Positions 1 through 13,564 of a stretch of 64,000 nucleotides of DNA are shown here, one piece after another. Each line of letters opens with the position of its first letter. Position 1 is the first letter of the stretch. The position numbers were made by a program, and so were the translations under genes. The stretch is from Spizellomyces punctatus DAOM BR117. Taxonomy: Eukaryota. The DNA lies in NCBI GenBank assembly GCA_000182565.2, contig KQ257451.1; one strand, given 5' to 3'. The notes below the pieces were generated by a model, which had not been told where the DNA came from, did no database searches, and worked only from the letters and a program-made list of their open reading frames with translations.

Positions 1-827
1 ACCCCCAGTACAAGTTTCCTCGTTTTCCGTAAACCCCTTTCTCCCTGCTACTAAATATTGGAGACGGTTGCTTCGTTAAAGTTTTGAAAGTTTGGCAACA
101 AGCACCGGAAGAGTATACTAGTGTATCCGTCATCTAATGATTTTGTCAGAGTCACAATGTTTGTTCATTAATCCAACTTTTGTGAAAAAGATTTCTCGAA
201 TGTTTGCAAACATGCAGTGTATGTGATGCTTGGGCCAACATTGACCCACTGGGCTTTAATTTCACGAGTCTCAATACTTTGTACTTCTTCTCACTTGACA
301 ATGCGGTCTAATGGAAAGGGCCATGAGGTTCCCCAATGTGTTGAGGGAGGAGCATAATCCAAAACTGTTCGGGCACGTCGATCATTCAAGTCTTTTCTCT
401 GGCGGTAACACTTGGATTGCCAGCTGCGATCAACACTTTTTCATGCAGTATATGGTTGCCAGAATGGAAAACTCACATCCTATTAACCATTCTCTGACTC
501 TTTGTAAAATCATACATGTAGCGTGCTGGAACGTCAGAAGAGCAGCCTTCAGCAGCACTGCGGAGTTGTTTCAAGTCACGCTGACCAAAGCTATTTCATT
601 CGAACCGGCGGCAGACAGGCTTATAAAAGGAGGTCCGACCTCTCGCTTTCTCGCCTTTTTTCTTTTACTCCCCCACTTTTCCGCATTCACTACATCATGC
701 AGAAACACATTCTTGGTTTATACACTCCCGTTGTTGTTTTTGCCGCTGTCTGTACTGGGTGGATACTAGCTGAACGTGGTAAACAATCTTTTCCTACAAC
801 TTGAATATATATCGAACTACCAGAACA

Positions 828-2075
828 ATGTACGAGGATAGTGATTATGACGACCGAGGAAATAGAGGGGACTGGCGATTTCCTTCTCCCCCGCCTTCTC
901 CACCATACGAGCCGAATTGTTTAGTCGCTACGGATGTCACTAGACAAGTGACAGAGGATTCGACGGGAACATCCGTATCCGACCAAAACGCACCCCCATC
1001 GCCCCCGTCTTCGCCATGCTCGTTTATTTCACACTCTCGATGCTCGCGAAGGAACTCGGACCTCCCTCTTTGTCGGCTCCCGTCTCCAATCTCCCTAACT
1101 TGTCTAATAGACGGTATGGACATCAGTGACGATGAACCTCCATCCAACTCTGCCCATACCTCCTCCAAGGCCTGTTGGCCTGCGAATATGCCCGCCCTTT
1201 GCCTATATACAATTTGCAACTACCTTTCTCTATCGGATCTATCACAATTTTATTGCACCTCCCGGACCATGCACAACTCGCTCTCATCTCTGCGTCCCAG
1301 TATCCTTTCACAGCGATTACTCCAAGGTCGGCATTTATCCGCGGACCTATTTGCTGCATTTATTTCGGGACATTCACCATATAGTCATGTCGCAAGGGAT
1401 CCACAATCTTTTGGAGGTCGTAGCAAAGTGTACGCACGTCTACGTCGTGATCAACACGTGGTGGATGCCTTTGTTGGGGCGCTAGTAGGTTGTGTGTCTA
1501 TGGCTAGGGCAGATGGAACGTGGACATTGGGACGTAGGAAGGCACAGCTTGATTCCGGAGGTGGCGCGTTAGTCGATCTTTGGGACGAAAGTGTGGCACG
1601 CATGGACGCCGTCCGAGCACTCCTCCTTCTCTGGCCCATTGTTGACGCCGTCAAGCGCGCCGCAGAATCCATAGTCCCACCATCCTTGCCTCAACCCACA
1701 AGCACCCTTGATCGTGACCCAACATCCCCGTCTCACTCGCTACTCTTACCTCAAACCCTTCTCAACACCGCTCATCTCGGTCTCGCCGCTTTCCCTACCG
1801 ACGCACTTCAACTCACTTGGTACATCTCCTACCACGCAGCTCGACAAGTCGTCTCGCGCTTTCAATTGGCTGGATGGACGTCTCCCAACTATCACGAAGG
1901 CATGATTGGCCCACTATTATTCTCAGGACGGGACAAGTTGACAGATATGCTTGGTTCAGAAGATGATGCACTAGTGTGGGACTGTGTCGGGGAGTTTGAA
2001 AAGTGGATGGCAGTCTTTGGGGGATGGTGTCCTTTAAGGGGCGTATTGGAGAATGAGCTTTTGGCAAGGCAATGA
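828..2075 (+). CDS. F-box-like domain protein with Ser/Pro-rich N-terminus (single exon)
   Basis: Long ORF, first ATG at 828. WPANMPALCLYTICNYLSLSDLSQFYCTSRTMH resembles an F-box. TATA-like TATAAAAG near 622. Confidence 0.65.
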   Translation: MYEDSDYDDRGNRGDWRFPSPPPSPPYEPNCLVATDVTRQVTEDSTGTSVSDQNAPPSPPSSPCSFISHSRCSRRNSDLPLCRLPSPISLTCLIDGMDISDDEPPSNSAHTSSKACWPANMPALCLYTICNYLSLSDLSQFYCTSRTMHNSLSSLRPSILSQRLLQGRHLSADLFAAFISGHSPYSHVARDPQSFGGRSKVYARLRRDQHVVDAFVGALVGCVSMARADGTWTLGRRKAQLDSGGGALVDLWDESVARMDAVRALLLLWPIVDAVKRAAESIVPPSLPQPTSTLDRDPTSPSHSLLLPQTLLNTAHLGLAAFPTDALQLTWYISYHAARQVVSRFQLAGWTSPNYHEGMIGPLLFSGRDKLTDMLGSEDDALVWDCVGEFEKWMAVFGGWCPLRGVLENELLARQ

Positions 2076-2413
2076 AAATAGGAATTAATTTGGGATTTAA
2101 TCTTGCTGTGCGTTCAGAAATTGGTTTTTTTTATTCTGGTAAATGGTTGCTTGTTCATTTGCTACTCTTTCCCTCGAGCGAGGTTTTATCAAACCTCGAG
2201 GATGGGATTTTAATAATATCGTATAGGAGCCCAAAGCATCGTGTCACTTGGCTATTTTAGAATGCAAATGCAATAATAAAAGGCACTGAGAAAAAGAAAA
2301 CAAGAGGATAGAGCACAAAAATCTATGGTTTGTCTATACAAAAAATCACGAAAAGTATCTACACAAAAAGTACAACACACCATCTCTAAACCACAAAAAA
2401 AAACATTACTACT

Positions 2414-5400
2414 CTAATCAGCACCTTCTTCACCCACTTTGATAACTCTCACAAATACCTCCTCCAAACTAGTCTGAGTAACCCCCCAATCACAAACCCC
2501 ATTTCGCGGGCCCCCCACTGCCATAACCTCGAAAACACGCGCAATATCTCCATCAAACTCTGGAGTAAAGATATAAGACACTGTCGTGGAAAAGGTTTCC
2601 AATTTTTGCCACGTTCCAATGGCTTCTTCATATTCCGCTGAGGATTTGAGCGTACCCCATTTCGCTAGTTGACGGCCGGGCAGTACCTCGCCTTCAACAA
2701 ACGCACAGGCTCGGGCCAGTTTTGAGGTGGTTTCGGATGTTATAAACAGCTTGAAACCCGAGCCGTAGAGCTGCTTGAGGCGGAGTTGGGGCCCAAGACA
2801 TCGGAGAGAGCCTTTAGACATGATGCCGATTCGTTGGCAGCATACTTCAGCTTCCTCCATAGAATGCGTTGTCTGTGTCACGTCGGGAGAGTTAGTGGAA
2901 CTGCGGTTCAGAAGGTAAATGCTTGTACACATACCAGCACAATCGTCTTGCCGACTCGAGCGGAATTGATAATGTTCCATATGACACGTCTAACCTCTGG
3001 ATCCAAACCGGTCTAAAAGCCAACAATGAGAAATTAGTCACTAGAACCAAATCTGGAAATACTATGCGGAACTCACCGTTGGCTCATCCAGAAACACAAC
3101 TTTTGGATTTCCTACAAGCGCAATAGCAATGCTCAACCTTCGCTTCTCTCCGCCACTCAACCCCTTCACCAATCTCTTGTCATAACCCGTCAGCTTGACA
3201 GCCTCCAAACTCGCCGCAACTGCCTTGGCTTCGTTCTTCGCCGGAATGCCCTTCAACCGCGCATAGAAATAAATGTGTTCATCTACGGTCAGATCCTCCC
3301 AGAGGACATCAAATTGGGGACAAACACCAATCATTTTGTACACTTGTGATGTTTGGGTCGCAATATCGTAGGAGGCGAGGGTTGCCTTGCCGGATGTTGC
3401 AGAATAGAGGCCAGTCAGGATTGATATGAGAGTCGTTTTGCCCGCGCCATTGGGTCCGAGAAGACCAAATACAACGCCTTCTTCGATGGCGAGTGTAACG
3501 TCTTTGACAGCTATTTTCGGAGTCTTGCGTCCGTTACGAGGCGCATAGGCTTTTCGCATGCCTTTCATCACTAGCGGACAATCGGCGCGATACTCGTTAT
3601 TATAAACTCGCTTTCGCTCCATTCGAACATCCTCATCCTCATCGTCAGATCCAATATCGACGGCCGAATTGGGTTGAGCCGTGGACGAGCTTCCCTTGGC
3701 TTTCTTGGATTCCAAAAAGGACGTAACTGGGAAATGCCACGGTCTGCGGATTCCAAATTCGGAGGGAAGGACTTGGTTCAGATATGCAGCTAACCCCATG
3801 AACACCACAGTCTCAACGGCCATAAAGATCATAGCAGTGAAGACCTCATCACCCACTGTGACATTGTCGAGCGTATAAGGCTAGAGTGTTGTTGTTAGAG
3901 ATTATATGCGAAAAACTCGCGTTCCATCATATCCGCAACTCACCCTTCTCTTCCCAGAAAAGGACGCATTATTGATCACTCCCAGACATCGGTAAAAGGC
4001 AAAAGGAGGCCACAAAAAGAACCCCGCTGGAGCACTCTTATCCGCAAACAGCTGATCCGTAACGAGGGATATAATCACGCCGCAAAGAACCGTAAGGAAC
4101 ACCATTACTGGAATACCGCCATGTAAGATTCTCTCAACCACAGTAAATTAACGGTATGAATGGGACTCACCAAGTGCATTCCGACTCTTGCTGAACAAAC
4201 TTGCGAAAAAGAAGGCCAAAGCAATTTGCACAAGACCCCACAATAGGAACAAGATAACCAGGACTGAAAATTCGGTTCGAATAAACATGTCTAGACGCGC
4301 GGCAACGCCCGATACCAAAAATATTGTGGTCGATAGGATATAAAGGACAAAGAAGGTCACATAATGCGATAGATAGTAGATTCCGGGTCTAAGACCGTTC
4401 TGGATAAGAGTACGAATTGAGTCATCCATGAGAAAACAGTGAGTCCATTGCGTTTCACGTACCATACGCATCATCATCAACACCCTGTCCTCCTTCTCAC
4501 GAACCAGCACAATCGTAAAGATAGGCAACAGGAACGACACTCCAAAGGGGTACAGAATCCTTCCAATCGCCCCACTGATGGGAAGTTTAATCTTTCCATC
4601 ACTCAGTTGAGGAAACAGACGCGTGCCTTGAGTGATCACCGTAGTTCCCAGAGCTGCCGGATTGCTGAATCGTAGAATAGCATTTGACAGCTGTGACAGC
4701 TGAACAAGCTGTCGTCGTCCAGCGGTAGGATAGCCAGCAGCATTAGACAACCGTGAGTCCGTGCCCATAGCCATCGTGTACGCATAGTTTTTCGTCGGAT
4801 GGTTCAGGTTGGTGAAATAGACATACCCATATGGCATGTCAGATGAAACACGAATCACATCCTGGAAGAACTTGATAACATCAGCGGAGGATGGTGCGGT
4901 ATCGAAAATCACGTGTTTGTCCAATCCAGCCAAGTTCTGCAAGACTTTGTTTAATCGTTGTCCAAGTTCCGCGTCTAGTTGGGGCACGGTGCCAAATGCG
5001 GTTGGGTTGAGCTCGAAGTACGGAACCTGTTGTAAGCTCTTGAGAACCAGGGCATTCACATCCACATCCACAAACCAACGCGGCTCAATTGTGTCTAAAA
5101 GACCATTTGCGGAGGTCGCAGGCTTAAACATGGGAACCTCCGGTCCGCCGCCAATAGTTTTAGGAATCTGATTGAGGTTTGTCAAGGGCGGTTGCTGCGG
5201 TGCACTGCCAATATCGGCCGGGTTTACATTTGGGGCGGCTCCGACAAGTGCCCAAGGTCGCATTTGATACTGGGCGAATGACCGCGCAAGACTGTCGAAA
5301 GTCGAGGCAGAAACAAGGAATAAGTATCGTAGTAAGCATGCCATATATTGTCGTGTCTTACCTGACTGCCTGTCGTAGAGCCGCTGGATCCGCCAAAATC

Positions 5401-6702
5401 TGCGGTGCCAAAATGTCCAACCAACCACTGGACACTTCGGATGTGTACGCACTAAAAGAAATGGGAGAAAATGCGGTACTTAAGTAAAGTATGCCAAGGT
5501 TTAAACTGTTCTCGCGTTGCAACACACCTGTCCTTGATTGCATACGCATTCTGCTGCTTCCTGAGAACCCTCTGGTAGATATTTTGATCATCCCTCGGAT
5601 ATGCCTCCCCAAACCAACTCACGCACGGTGTCTCCGTCACCAAATCTTGGGCACTCCGTGTGGTTGATCCAGTAATATCCAAGTCTGCAATCGCCAACAA
5701 TATCACGCTGAAGAAGTTGACGTGTTTGGTCACACGGGACGTCCGGGGAACAACTCCTGGTGTCGTATTGAAGATACCCGGCGAAGTGAAGTTGAATATC
5801 GGCCAGTTTTGCTCATTTACTGACACACGATCGGAGCAGTAAACAATGTCAAACCCGCGATCCTGGTTTCTCACAATGTTGGCAATGACGAATCCGACAA
5901 TGCTTGACACCAAAACCATGATCAATGGACACAATCCAATACAGCAAATGTTTGTAAACCACTGACGCCGCTGGAAACTTAGTGCCTTCCTCGCAAGCGC
6001 TCGCACTTGATATGAGGAACGCTTGTCGGGAGGCCCAAGGTTGATAGACGCTGGATTTGTTTGTGCCGAGACTACAGATGAGGCAGACGAAGATGGGATC
6101 AGGTGTGTTTGACTATTTGCATGTCGAAGGCGATAGTCAGTCCGCTGACCTTGCGTTTGCCGAGTTTTTTCCATGGGCCTTTGTTGCATGGAAGGAGCCG
6201 ATGCAGGCTGATTCCTGTACTGGGATGGCTGCGGGGGTTGCGGTGGGGATTGTTGCGGGGGTTGCGGTGGGGCTTGCTGTGGAAGACTCATGCTTTGTGG
6301 AGAGGTTTGGGAAGCTCCTTGAGGGCGCGTATATGTCCATGTATTTTGCGCAGGTTCGACATAGGCCGCGCTAACAGGCATCGGCATCAACGTTGCTGGC
6401 CCTGGCGGTGGCTGCGTAGGTCGTACCGCAGGCGCTCCTTGATGATATCCATCCACATACATTGGATAAACAGGTCCGTGCGGTACAGGAGCTGGATAGA
6501 GTTCGTAATGTGATGGCGCTTGCTGTTGCGCGCCTGCATGCGGTTCACCGCTCCCAAGCGCATAAAAACCTTGAGATGACAACTGCTGCTGGTGTTGCGG
6601 CTTTGGACGAGCCGTTGGGTCGCGCGTAGGGTACATTTCATAGGTTTGCATGCGTTGAGGTTGAGGCGGTCCTCGCGCATACCGTTCATCTAACGGTTGC
6701 AT
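2414..6702 (-). CDS. ABC transporter subfamily A, half-size (one TMD + one NBD), multi-exon
   Basis: Walker A GPNGAGKTT, signature LSGGEKRRLS, Walker B VVFLDEPT, TTHSMEEAE, C-terminal TSLEEVF, and ABCA-type LVREKE and RRPWHFP motifs across exon ORFs with GT-AG introns. Confidence 0.93.
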
Positions 6703-7170
6703 TTCTCAGACCAATTGCCCCCCTCGAAAGACTTTAACTCTCTGACGTCCGAGACAAAACAAGACTGATAAAACCTTGTAAGAAAACGACCAGATGCCCC
6801 GTTCTAAACGTTCGACGAGAGCCAACCAACACTACAAAGAAAGTAGGAGATAAAAAGGAAACTTGTCAAGTGTGATGTCGCGCGCGCTGCATTGTCCCCC
6901 TTCCCAACTTACTACTGCGCAAAACTCCAATACTCTGTGGGAATATTCCCTTCTTAAACAAAAACCCACAACGGCAAACGCGCCGCATCCATTTGCGGTT
7001 TTGGAAAGAAGATTTTTGTGTTTCAAGAAGAGGTTTATTATGATTTTCACAGCCACCCATAAGTGTTCTTTATTTACGGGGATTGTTTTTTAGGATGCGA
7101 CGAGACTTGGCGAGTTAATGAATTGTGGGTTCCTTCCAGCAGTTTTTCACTGCTTATACTACTACTACTA

Positions 7171-10100
7171 CTATTCCAAATCCTTTACCTTGACCCTCGG
7201 AACCACATTCATACTCATCAACTCCTGGAACAATAATTTACAAGCATATGGTATCTTCACCTTGACAACCCCACGGCGACTCTTGCAATAGTTGCAATAT
7301 CCATGCCAGCCACCCACAAGCCCACAGTCGCCACACATTTCACAATCATAAGCATCAGAACTGTACAAGAGTCGCTCAATGAGAAGCGCCGCTGTACCGT
7401 GTCCGATCAAACAATCGCGTTCCATCTCTCCTACTCGGAGACCTCCATCTCGCGATCTGCCTTCGGTCGGTTGTCGGGTAAGAACCGCACGAGGACCCCT
7501 GTATTGAAGTCACAGTTAGCACCAGGTTTTACTAAATTGGACACAAAAAAAAACCTTACTTTGAACGAGCGTGCATCTTGTCCATCACCATGTGCTTCAG
7601 CTTCTGATAATACACTGGTCCGAAAAAGATGTAGGCTTGCAATGGCTCGCCAGTGATACCCGATGTTAGATAATCCTTGCCAGAATAGCTGTATCCGTTC
7701 TCAATCAGAATTCGAGACATATCATCGACTTTACTCCCGCCGAAAGCCTGAAGTGATAAACAAGAAATTTAACAGGAAGCCTACCAAGAACATTGTCAAA
7801 TGTGCTCCCCATCTTACCGTTCCATATTGCAGCTGCCCAGCTAAAACCCCTGCCTTGCCAGCCAACAACTCAATCATCTTCCCGACTGTCATACGTGATG
7901 GGAAACCGTGAGGGTTCATAATGATATCGGGAACAACTCCATTGTCTGAAAATGGCATGTCTTCTTGTTGAACGATGATACCGCAGACACCTTTCTGTCC
8001 GTGACGGGACGAGAATTTATCCCCAAGCTCCGGTCTTCGTGTTTGCCGGATGCGAACCTTGACCAGAGTCTGATCTTCTTCATTGGTTGTAAGTAGAACC
8101 TTTAATGAAAAAGTTCTAGATGAATAATTAACCGTGTATAGAGCCACACCAGAGAAACCTACCTGATCAATGACAGCGTCACCTGGGTATTTAAAGCTAG
8201 TCGGGGCAGACTTGTACTGGACCGCGGTTGGATCTGCCCCCATGAAATGCCCATGCTCTCCACCTTCCGTCGCAGGCGCAACACGTGGAGCGGTTTCGAC
8301 AGGACTTTGCTTATTGATAACGATCTGGCCAGTATACACTCGTTCCCCTACGCCGGCGATACCATCGTCGTCCAAAATGTCGAATTTCTCAAGAACGTTG
8401 CCATGCTCATCTTCACCCCGATCTGCGAGTCGGTCATAAGTTTGATTGGGGTACGACTTGATCATTGTTGAAAACTTTCGCATCACTTGGCATCGACCGA
8501 ATCCTCGATCGACAGAGGCCTGTTGACAGTATTTGTTAGATCAACACCTCGCAAGTAATATGGCTGTTGTTATATTTACCTTATTCAGCACTAGAGCATC
8601 CTCAATATCATATCCACTGTAACTCATCACAGCCACCGTTGCATTTTGTCCAGCAGGCAGTTTATCATACCCAATCAATTCTATAGTTCGTGACCGCACC
8701 ATCGGCTGTTGAGGATACACCATTAGATACAAGAGGGTGTCGATGCGTGTGAGTTGGTTGTAGGAAATAGCTCCAATCGCCTGTTTACCCATAGCGCATT
8801 GGTACGTGTTACGTGGCGATTGGTTATGGTGAGGGTAGGGAATCAGCCCCGCAACAGCTCCCAAAACGGTAAAAGGTGCGATTTCCACATGTGTCGTGTT
8901 TGGTAAAGCCAATGCGGTATCCGCTCGAGAGTCGACTACCTTCCCAAAGAGTTGGTCCGGATTATACACGATATCTTTATCGTACATGGCAATATCCGTG
9001 TCCGTTTCTTCGTTAACATCGAGATATTCGACTTTGCCTTCCTCAATCAAATCCTCAAAGGTCTTTACACCTTGAATGATAGATTTTACATCCTTATCTG
9101 TCACCAGGCTCTTCCCTTTATCAACGATGATGAGTGGTCGACAGACACGACCACCATCGCTACTGATATTCACAGTTCGCTGTGTCACGGTACGATATAC
9201 GGAAACAAAAGGTCCCACTCTCCCAGCGCGGCGCAATCGCCGGAAATCCTTTACAAACTTTTCCGGATTTCGGTGAACACCAAGGATAACACCGTTCAAG
9301 AAAACCAAATACGTGTTTTCCTCATACAAGTCTCCTCCAGTAAGTATGTTGATATCCTCTACGCCCAATATGAATGCAAGACGTCTAATCGTCGCATCGT
9401 CAGAATCGGTGGTGATGTGCGTCATCAGAGCCAGGTTCTTGATCAAACCACAAGCTTCACCTTCGGGGGTATCAGAAGGACAGATGACACCAAATTGCGA
9501 AGTCTAACAAATAGAGATATCTTGCTGTTATTAAAACATTTTGCGTGAAGCTACGGTTTAGTACCTACTTGAAGAGCACGAGGGCCAGAAACTTTGCGTG
9601 TCTTCTCAAACTGACTGCTGATACGAGTCATCATTCCAAGAGCTGAGACGTAACTCAGTCGAGAAAGAACCTGCGTAACACCAGCTCGCTCCATCTTGAA
9701 ACGTTTGACATTCCAATTTCCGGATGAAATGGCACGGAAAAGTCCATCAGTAATGAAGCGGGAGGTTTGAGCGACTGCAGAGACGGCATCGTATTGTGAA
9801 GTTCGGTTGGATCGTTTAAGTTGTGTGTCAATGGCACGCTTGATATTTGCTTGCCATGATTTGAATAAATCTTCAAAAAGAAGGGATAACAGCTGGCCTG
9901 CACTGGTCGGCAAACAATCGGTCAGCTACATTTAACCACGTTTCATATCCTCCTGCTGACACTCACAGTTCCAGTCGCTTATTTCCAACAAAGTCCCGAT
10001 CATCCACAATACCGCCGTCCTTAACCGCCTGCAGTGTTCGACGAACCATCAAAGCAACATACACAGCCTTCGGTCGAAAGTTCCATTGACCATTCACATC

Positions 10101-11365
10101 CTCCACTGGGACGTGTGCAAGAACTGTTGTCGCGAGAAGATCTCGCGCCTCCTCGAAATAATCTCTACGCATTCCAATTCTACTTTTTGCTGTAGTGACT
10201 TTCACCTTTCGTCCCAACCAATCCAGTGCTTGACGTTGTGTGTGGACTGATGGGTCCAATAATGCAGACTCCTCCAGTGATGGTGAGAATAACTCTAGGA
10301 ACTTTTCATCATCGCCACAAATCAACTCGGCAATTTCCCGATCAGATTCAATTCCCATTGCTTTCATCACAACCACCACTGGCACTTCAGTTATGAAACT
10401 GTTGTGCTTCATTGTCACTCGTCCGGTTTTGCCGTAGACTACGTTGGTTTTACTCTTCTTTTCGTGCGTAGAACTGGTTACGGCAGCGTTGATAAAGCCC
10501 ATCCGATCTGTTTCTACAATGATTCGGTTCTTGGACAATTGCTCCTGGATAAGAATGACCTTTTCCACACCCCGAATGACAAAATATCCACCTTCAGCGG
10601 AATATAAGCACTTGCTAGCCATGAATCAAATCAGAGTACATGAACACCTACCTGGATCCAAAGGGCACTCCCCCATTTTGACCATGTCCTCGGGCGATTT
10701 GCCAGTAAGAACGCATCGATTACTCCTCAACATAATTGGCATGCGTCCGACTTCAATGCCCCTCTTCTTCACCAACTGCTTGCCCCGAACATATTCGATG
10801 TCGACTAGAATTGTACCAGCATAGGATATATCCCGCAATCGACATTCATGTGGAGTCAATTCATATGTGACTCCCTTGCGCGCATCGTAAGCCTGGGGAT
10901 ACTTGACTCGGATATCCCGGAACCTATCAGGATGATACGATCATCTTAGAACTCGGTAATATGTCGCAAAGCAGGCATATAATGTCATACTTTAGCCAAA
11001 AAGTGGGATCTACATCACTATCCACCTTGGCATTCGCCAGCAGGATCTGTTTCATTTCGGTTTCTATGAAATAATTGAACGAATCGACGTGCTGCTTGAT
11101 CAGACCCTTTGTCTGGAGGAAGGCAGGGACAAGTCTCCATTTGTCCTAGAAAGGAGCAGAGTCAGTAAATATGCTCAGTGTTCCTGGTAGTGATATCTGC
11201 AGCAAGTACCTCGGCAGCTGTGATAGGATCGGTCAGCTTTTTGCCATTGTATCTCAAGTCATCCCTTGCCATTGTGTCCATTTCAAAGATGGAGCTTCCC
11301 TTCCCTCTACCAATTGGCTCGCCCACTCCTGCCCTCCCACCGCCGTTAACAGCGTGTGGAGGCAT
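7171..11365 (-). CDS. RPC2: RNA polymerase III second-largest subunit, multi-exon
   Basis: Motifs [46 protein letters not shown], a C-terminal Zn ribbon and [11 protein letters not shown]. Pol III-type [20 protein letters not shown] and [13 protein letters not shown]. Confidence 0.96.
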
Positions 11366-11973
11366 TTTGCAACCTCTCTGTGCAGATCCTCACTCTGTCA
11401 AATAGGTTACTCGTCAGGAAATACAATATAACTGCCCGAGAAAAGAAGAAGGATTCTTACCACAAGATCTGAAATATGGAAAGGGCTTACAAGCCAACTT
11501 TTGGTTTCGACTTTGAATCCTCAGTGGGGCAACAACTTGACGAGAACTGCGAAAATGCCGCACAGGCTTCCGACTTCTGCCCAAACTTGACAGGCTCAGG
11601 GTGTACAAGACAGCAACAAAGATACCTACTGCTGTAGCAAGCGATATATGCCCCAAAAGACGCTAAAAAAACTTCAAATGTTGTCTTGCACAGGCATGTT
11701 GAAATGCTTTCATGGTCAAGAACGATCTTCGCTCATGAATTGTTTTTGGTAACTATAGCAACTAAGCTCTACTGCGCACAGTCATCGCGTCATCTTTTTG
11801 TTGATATCGAATTTCCACACCTTATTTTTCTTACTTGGCGTTTCCCGACTGGAAGACGCCTCCGGTGCTGCGGGAAATGCTCACAAGCTAACTTGAACCT
11901 GCGATCCTCACGCAGCGACAACTCTCTTCCTGTCTCATGCGGAAGGTGGTGGTAGAGGAACAGCGATATTAGT

Positions 11974-13187
11974 ATGGAGGCTCCTCCAAGTGGGGCCGCG
12001 ACGAGTTCACCCTCCACCGCTACGAACTTGGCACACATGGCTGCACCGGAGGTGAAACTAAAGAAGGAGACGCCCGTTGCTGATTTCCTGTTTGGCTCAG
12101 TATGCATAATGCATGTACACAGTTCATAAGAGGTCGATGCCTTACACCTTCTATTTAATAGGTCGCGGGCATGGTTGGAATGCTGTTCCAGTTCCCATTC
12201 GATACCATCAAAGTACGCCTGCAATCTCAACCCTTGTCCAAGGAGGGAAGAGGGACATTATTTCGTGGTCCACTGGACTGCTTTCAACAAGCTGTAAGAA
12301 AGGACGGTTCCTTAAGTTTGTACAAGGTAAACCGATGGAAATTCATATATAAATGGCCTGGCGGTTCCTGATGATTATCGACAGGGGCTTTCCGCGCCTC
12401 TTGTAGGATCGATGCTGGAGAACTCGGTTCTGTTTGTAGCTTTCAACCACATTCAATCGATAATACGGGAGTTTTTGAACAAGGACGTTGGTGAACCGCT
12501 GAATCTGGGTCAACTTGCGGTTTCTGGATTTCTCTCGGGCGCTGTAGTGTCATTTGTGTTGACCCCTATTGAATTGGTGAAGTGCAAGCTGCAAGTTCAA
12601 GATGTGCTATATTCGAATCTCTCCACTAGTTCCGTGGGTACAGAGGATAGCAGCCGAACGCGTCGGGTACCTTTTCGCGGTCCTGTAGGTGTTATTACAC
12701 AAACCATCCGAGAACATGGTTTTATAGGGCTTTATCAAGGTCATCTAGCCACGTTTATCAGAGAAGCAGGAGGCGGTGCGGCTTGGTTTGGCGCGTACGA
12801 AGTCATGGTGAAGTACTTCATCAACAGATCGACCAACCCTGCAGTTAAAACAAAGGAAGACCTATCACCATGGCACATAATGGGAGCTGGTGCTGTGGCT
12901 GGAATGGCATATAATGCAACGTTATTCCCTGCCGACTGCGTCAAGAGCCGGCAACAAACGGCAGAGGGGAGTGCTTCGTTTGTTGGCGTAGCAAGATCCC
13001 TATATAAGGCCGAAGGATTTAGAGGATTCTATAGAGGATTTGGGATTACCGTTGCCCGAAGCGCGCCTACGAGCGCACTCATATTCGCCACCTATGTAAG
13101 TGGGAATCGTGTATTGCACAGCGAAGCCTGACTGACTGTGCTATTGTACAGGAATTGATGAGCAGACACTTGGCAATACCGGTGTAG
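11974..13187 (+). CDS. Mitochondrial carrier family protein (ornithine/amino-acid carrier-like)
   Basis: Three carrier signatures [20 protein letters not shown] and [10 protein letters not shown]; introns near 12100, 12327 and 13096. Confidence 0.92.
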
Positions 13188-13564
13188 CTCAACGACCCGT
13201 CAATGTCATGCCTTCTGTTGATCTTCATCCTAGAGATAAGGAGGAACATTTTTTTTTATGTATTTAGACAGTTTTGAATGAGCATTCGAACATGTGTGTC
13301 GAAGAGCGAAGTATACCCGTTATTAACACCGTGACTGGATAGAATCAAGCGCTAAGCACCCTAATGATCGAAGAGATTGCCAGCTATTGATGCAATCAAC
13401 CAACAACCCTCTCTTCCCGGCTCTAGATTTCCGCCAATGGCTGCGCCGGGAACGCCCTGTTTATCGGCCAAGCTTTATTATGCGTTACATTCATCGTTCT
13501 CTGTACCTGTTCACAACCAGTATCTACCATGCGACATTCCTTTGGCTATTTAGCGCCTATTAAA

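Noticed and set aside
311-804. ORFs of 152 and 93 aa upstream of the F-box gene
   Set aside because: They span a TATA box and pyrimidine-rich promoter/UTR sequence and have no domain.
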